From Caldilineales bacterium (GTDB lineage Bacteria > Chloroflexota > Anaerolineae > JAAEKA01), in assembly GCA_041391245.1 (NCBI GenBank), contig JAWKOJ010000013.1:39231-103230 (forward strand): DNA of 64,000 nt. Direction: 5' to 3'. Below are positions 61,380 through 64,000 of the stretch, piece after piece; positions within the stretch are counted from its first letter, which is position 1; the number at the start of each line of letters is the position of its first letter. The notes beneath the pieces were generated by a model that searched no databases, had not been told where the DNA came from, and saw only the letters and a list, made by a program, of their open reading frames with translations. A program made the translations under genes and the position numbers.

Positions 61380-63638
61380 GTGACCACAATCAGCGACGTT
61401 GCTAAGCGAGCCGGTGTGTCCCCCGTGACTGTCTCACGGGTGCTCAACCGCGTCGGCAACGTCAACGTCGACACGCAGCGGCGCGTCGAAAAGGCTATCG
61501 AGGAGCTGGGCTATGTCCCCAGCGGCGTCGCCAAGAGCCTGCGCTCCAAGCGCACCAACTCGCTGGCGCTGATCCTGCCCGACATCCAGAACGCGTTCTG
61601 GACCACGGTCGCGCGCGGGGTCGAGGACGCAGCGCAGAGCCAGGGCTACTCCGTCTTCTTGTGCAACACCGACGAGAACCCGGCCAAACAGCTTCGCTAC
61701 CTCGACGTTGTCGTCAGCCAGCGGGTCGACGGCGTGATGATTGCACCGTTTGGGTCGGACGGTGACGACCTGGCGTTGCTGCGCACCCGCAACACACCGA
61801 CCGTCGTCATCGACCGCCTGATCAGCGACTGGGACGTGGACAGCGTAATCGGCGACTCGCTTTCCGGGGCGCGCGCGCTGACCAGCCACCTGACCTCCCT
61901 GGGGCACCGGCGCATTGCCGTCCTGTCAGGCCCCGCAGGCACCGCGACCGCAACCGAGCGCGTGGCGGGCTATCGCATCGCGCTGGCCGAGACGGGCATC
62001 GAAGCGGACCCGCGGCTGGTTCGTTTCGGCGAGTTCAAGTCCATCTCCGGCGAGCACATGATGGCTCAGGTGCTGGACTCGGGCGTCGAGCCGACGGCCG
62101 TCTTTGCCGCCAACAACGCGATCGCGATGGGCGTGCTGGACGAGCTGGAGCGGCGCGGTCTGCGCGTGCCACAGGACCTGGCGCTGGTCTGCTTCGACGA
62201 CCTGCCCAACACCTCGCGGCTCTTCCCGTTCTTGACCGTAGCCGTCCAACCGGCCTATGAGATCGGCGCCAACGCGGCCCAGTTGCTGCTCAGCCGGCTT
62301 GAGGCCAAGGTCCCGCTCCAGCCGCGCCACGTGGTGCTGCCGACCCGTCTGATCGTGCGCTACTCCTGCGGCAGCAAGCTGCAACGCGGCAAGGACCCGG
62401 TTCTCAGCCTGCCGCTGGCCATCTCCCCCGAACCCGCCCAGATTCACGTGCCGAAGGTGGATCCGGCGCTCATGCGGCTGGCAGTTCAGGGAACGGCGCG
62501 CGGCTACGCATCTGCCCCGCGGCGGACGCCTCTTCTGGCCGAGTTCGACCGCTCCGACGTGAACCGCCTTCTGAAGGTACTGCGCCACCAGGAAGCCGAT
62601 CGGGTGCCGTATCTGGAGTTCTGGATCGACAACCGGGCTGTTCTGGAGTACGTGCTGGAACGCAAGCTCGAGCATGGGCAGGGCAACGGCCGCGCGGCCG
62701 GCCAGGCGATTCTGCCCGAGGACCAGGTGGAGTTTGCCCAGCGGATCGGGATGGACGCCGTCACGGTCAGCTTCTCCTGGCGGCCCAACAACGTCCTTGC
62801 GCGCGCGGCGGACGGCAGCGAGCACTACATTGGCGGGTCGGTGCGCAACTGGTCTGATCTCGAGAACCTGGAGCCGCCGCCGCCGCTGGCCCAGCAGTTG
62901 AACACGCTGGAGCGCACCCTGCGCGCCGCCCAGGGCACCGGCGTCGGCGTGATCGTCAGCTTCACGTCGTTCTTCGACAGCGCGCTCCTGGCCGTCGGCG
63001 TTACCGAGGCGCTGCTGCTGCTCTACGACAACCGCGCGTTTCTGGAGCGGCTGATGGATATCTTGCTGGATCACCAGCAGCGGCTGATGCAGGCAGTGTG
63101 CGACCGGTTCGGCGACGACCTGGCGTTCGTGCTGGTCTGCGACGACGTTGCGCACCAGACCGGCCTGCTGATCGGCCCGCACATGTTCCGGGAGATCGTG
63201 CTGCCGAGGATGCAGCGGCTGATCGCGCCCGCACGGGAATACGGCAAGCTGGTGGCGTTCCACACCGAGGGCCAGGTCGAGCAGGCTATGCCGATGTTGC
63301 ATGAGATCGGGTTCGACCTTGTCCATCCGGTGGCCCCTGAATGCAATGATATTGCGGCGCTGCGACAGGCCTGGGCGGGCAAGATGGCGTTTGCCGGCGG
63401 GATGCCCGCACTGCTGCTGGCCTATGGCCGCCCGGACGAGATCAGCGAGCGCGTGCGGCACCTGTGCGCCGGCCTGGCTGCGGGCGGCGGGTATGTGCTG
63501 GGCGCCGCACCCAGGATCACCGACGGAATTCCACCCGAGAACTTCCTGGCGATGGTTCAGGCGGCGCAGCGCTATGGACACTATGGGCGGCTGGGCCAGG
63601 CAGAGGGCGCCGATCGGCACCTGCCCGCCCTGGCCTGA
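61380..63638 (+). CDS. LacI-family regulator continuous with a URO-D-like domain (apparent fusion)
   Basis: GTG 61380: VTTISDVAKRAGVSPVTVSRVLN plus a periplasmic-binding-like core up to LIVRYSCG. A linker of about 60 aa follows, then LLKVLRHQEADRVPYLEF...FHTEGQVEQAMPMLHEIGFDLVHPV. No stop in any nearby frame. Confidence 0.7.
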   Translation: MTTISDVAKRAGVSPVTVSRVLNRVGNVNVDTQRRVEKAIEELGYVPSGVAKSLRSKRTNSLALILPDIQNAFWTTVARGVEDAAQSQGYSVFLCNTDENPAKQLRYLDVVVSQRVDGVMIAPFGSDGDDLALLRTRNTPTVVIDRLISDWDVDSVIGDSLSGARALTSHLTSLGHRRIAVLSGPAGTATATERVAGYRIALAETGIEADPRLVRFGEFKSISGEHMMAQVLDSGVEPTAVFAANNAIAMGVLDELERRGLRVPQDLALVCFDDLPNTSRLFPFLTVAVQPAYEIGANAAQLLLSRLEAKVPLQPRHVVLPTRLIVRYSCGSKLQRGKDPVLSLPLAISPEPAQIHVPKVDPALMRLAVQGTARGYASAPRRTPLLAEFDRSDVNRLLKVLRHQEADRVPYLEFWIDNRAVLEYVLERKLEHGQGNGRAAGQAILPEDQVEFAQRIGMDAVTVSFSWRPNNVLARAADGSEHYIGGSVRNWSDLENLEPPPPLAQQLNTLERTLRAAQGTGVGVIVSFTSFFDSALLAVGVTEALLLLYDNRAFLERLMDILLDHQQRLMQAVCDRFGDDLAFVLVCDDVAHQTGLLIGPHMFREIVLPRMQRLIAPAREYGKLVAFHTEGQVEQAMPMLHEIGFDLVHPVAPECNDIAALRQAWAGKMAFAGGMPALLLAYGRPDEISERVRHLCAGLAAGGGYVLGAAPRITDGIPPENFLAMVQAAQRYGHYGRLGQAEGADRHLPALA

Positions 63639-63668
63639 GGCCGACTGCGACAAGATGCGAGACCTTCC

Positions 63669-64000
63669 ATGAATTCACGCCAACGAGTATTGACAGCCTT
63701 CAGCCACCAGGAGCCGGACCGTGTTCCGGCATGGTTGGGCGCGTCGCCCGAGTGGAAGCAACTGGCGCGCGAGTATCTGTCCCTGGCAGACGACGAGGCG
63801 CTGCTCCGCTACCTGGGCGACGATTTCCGCCGCGTGTTTAGTCGCTACGCCGGGCCGTCTGAGCGCAGCCCGGACCTGCTCCTGTCGCCCGGTGCAACCT
63901 GGCGTTCACCGTTCGACATTGAACGGCATGGCTATGGCTACGGCATGCCGCTGGTCAACCCGCTGAAGCGCGCCACGCTGGCCGACGTGCACGCGTTTCC
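63669..64000 (+). CDS. URO-D / MtaA-like family protein, 3' end runs off the window
   Basis: Not in the ORF track (no stop). ATG 63669: MNSRQRVLTAFSHQEPDRVPAWLGASPEWKQLAREYL... Confidence 0.65.
   Translation, partial: MNSRQRVLTAFSHQEPDRVPAWLGASPEWKQLAREYLSLADDEALLRYLGDDFRRVFSRYAGPSERSPDLLLSPGATWRSPFDIERHGYGYGMPLVNPLKRATLADVHAF

Overview
High-GC (about 65%) bacterial chromosomal segment. The gene content (Uma2, DUF4160/DUF2442 and DUF6516 pairs, LysM-CAP, many small TA-like modules) suggests Chloroflexota or a similar lineage, but that is a weak inference. I saw no rRNA, tRNA, CRISPR array, transposase or integrase.

Gene content by region:
- 1-10.1 kb: a PH-domain gene, then a sugar/compatible-solute operon (GH63-like hydrolase, otsA-like GT20, GT4, otsB-like phosphatase). 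It is followed by a 1177-aa fusion protein with its own promoter: a HicB-like N-terminus, a ClpA-type double AAA+ unfoldase, and an RF2-like release-factor module that lacks the GGQ domain. The whole five-gene block is bracketed by two inverted copies of a 59-nt quasi-palindromic element.
- 10-17 kb: lysine/saccharopine genes (frameshifted), a phosphatase-like protein, an AspT/YidE-type transporter, GNAT, SMR and a Uma2 endonuclease.
- 17.4-21 kb: gyrA. Its reading frame is broken five times within about 520 nt. Its 3' end carries a 997-bp vapBC cassette flanked by 153-bp direct repeats of the gyrA 3' end.
- 21-26.5 kb: a low-GC, degraded accessory islet, a duplicated promoter with a small terminator-bounded unit, an AlbA_2/HATPase_c_4 protein, a PDZ protein and a LysM-CAP protein.
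- 26.6-30.6 kb: an ECF sigma / anti-sigma / lipoprotein / ABC-2 operon.
- 30.7-64 kb: a catabolic region. It holds aldo-keto reductases, VOC proteins, cupins, a fused E1alpha-beta plus E2, a split E1alpha/E1beta, DeoR, GntR, AraC and LacI regulators, a G1P-dehydrogenase-like gene, a MetE-like gene, three URO-D-like paralogues and DUF1638. Two more low-GC TA-like pairs are interspersed.

Two window-wide patterns:
- About 30 frame disruptions occur in discrete patches, and several sit at G/C homopolymers.
- A family of intergenic hairpins is built from tandem 7-9-nt repeats.

Many long ORFs in the track are antisense or out-of-frame GC shadows and are not reported.
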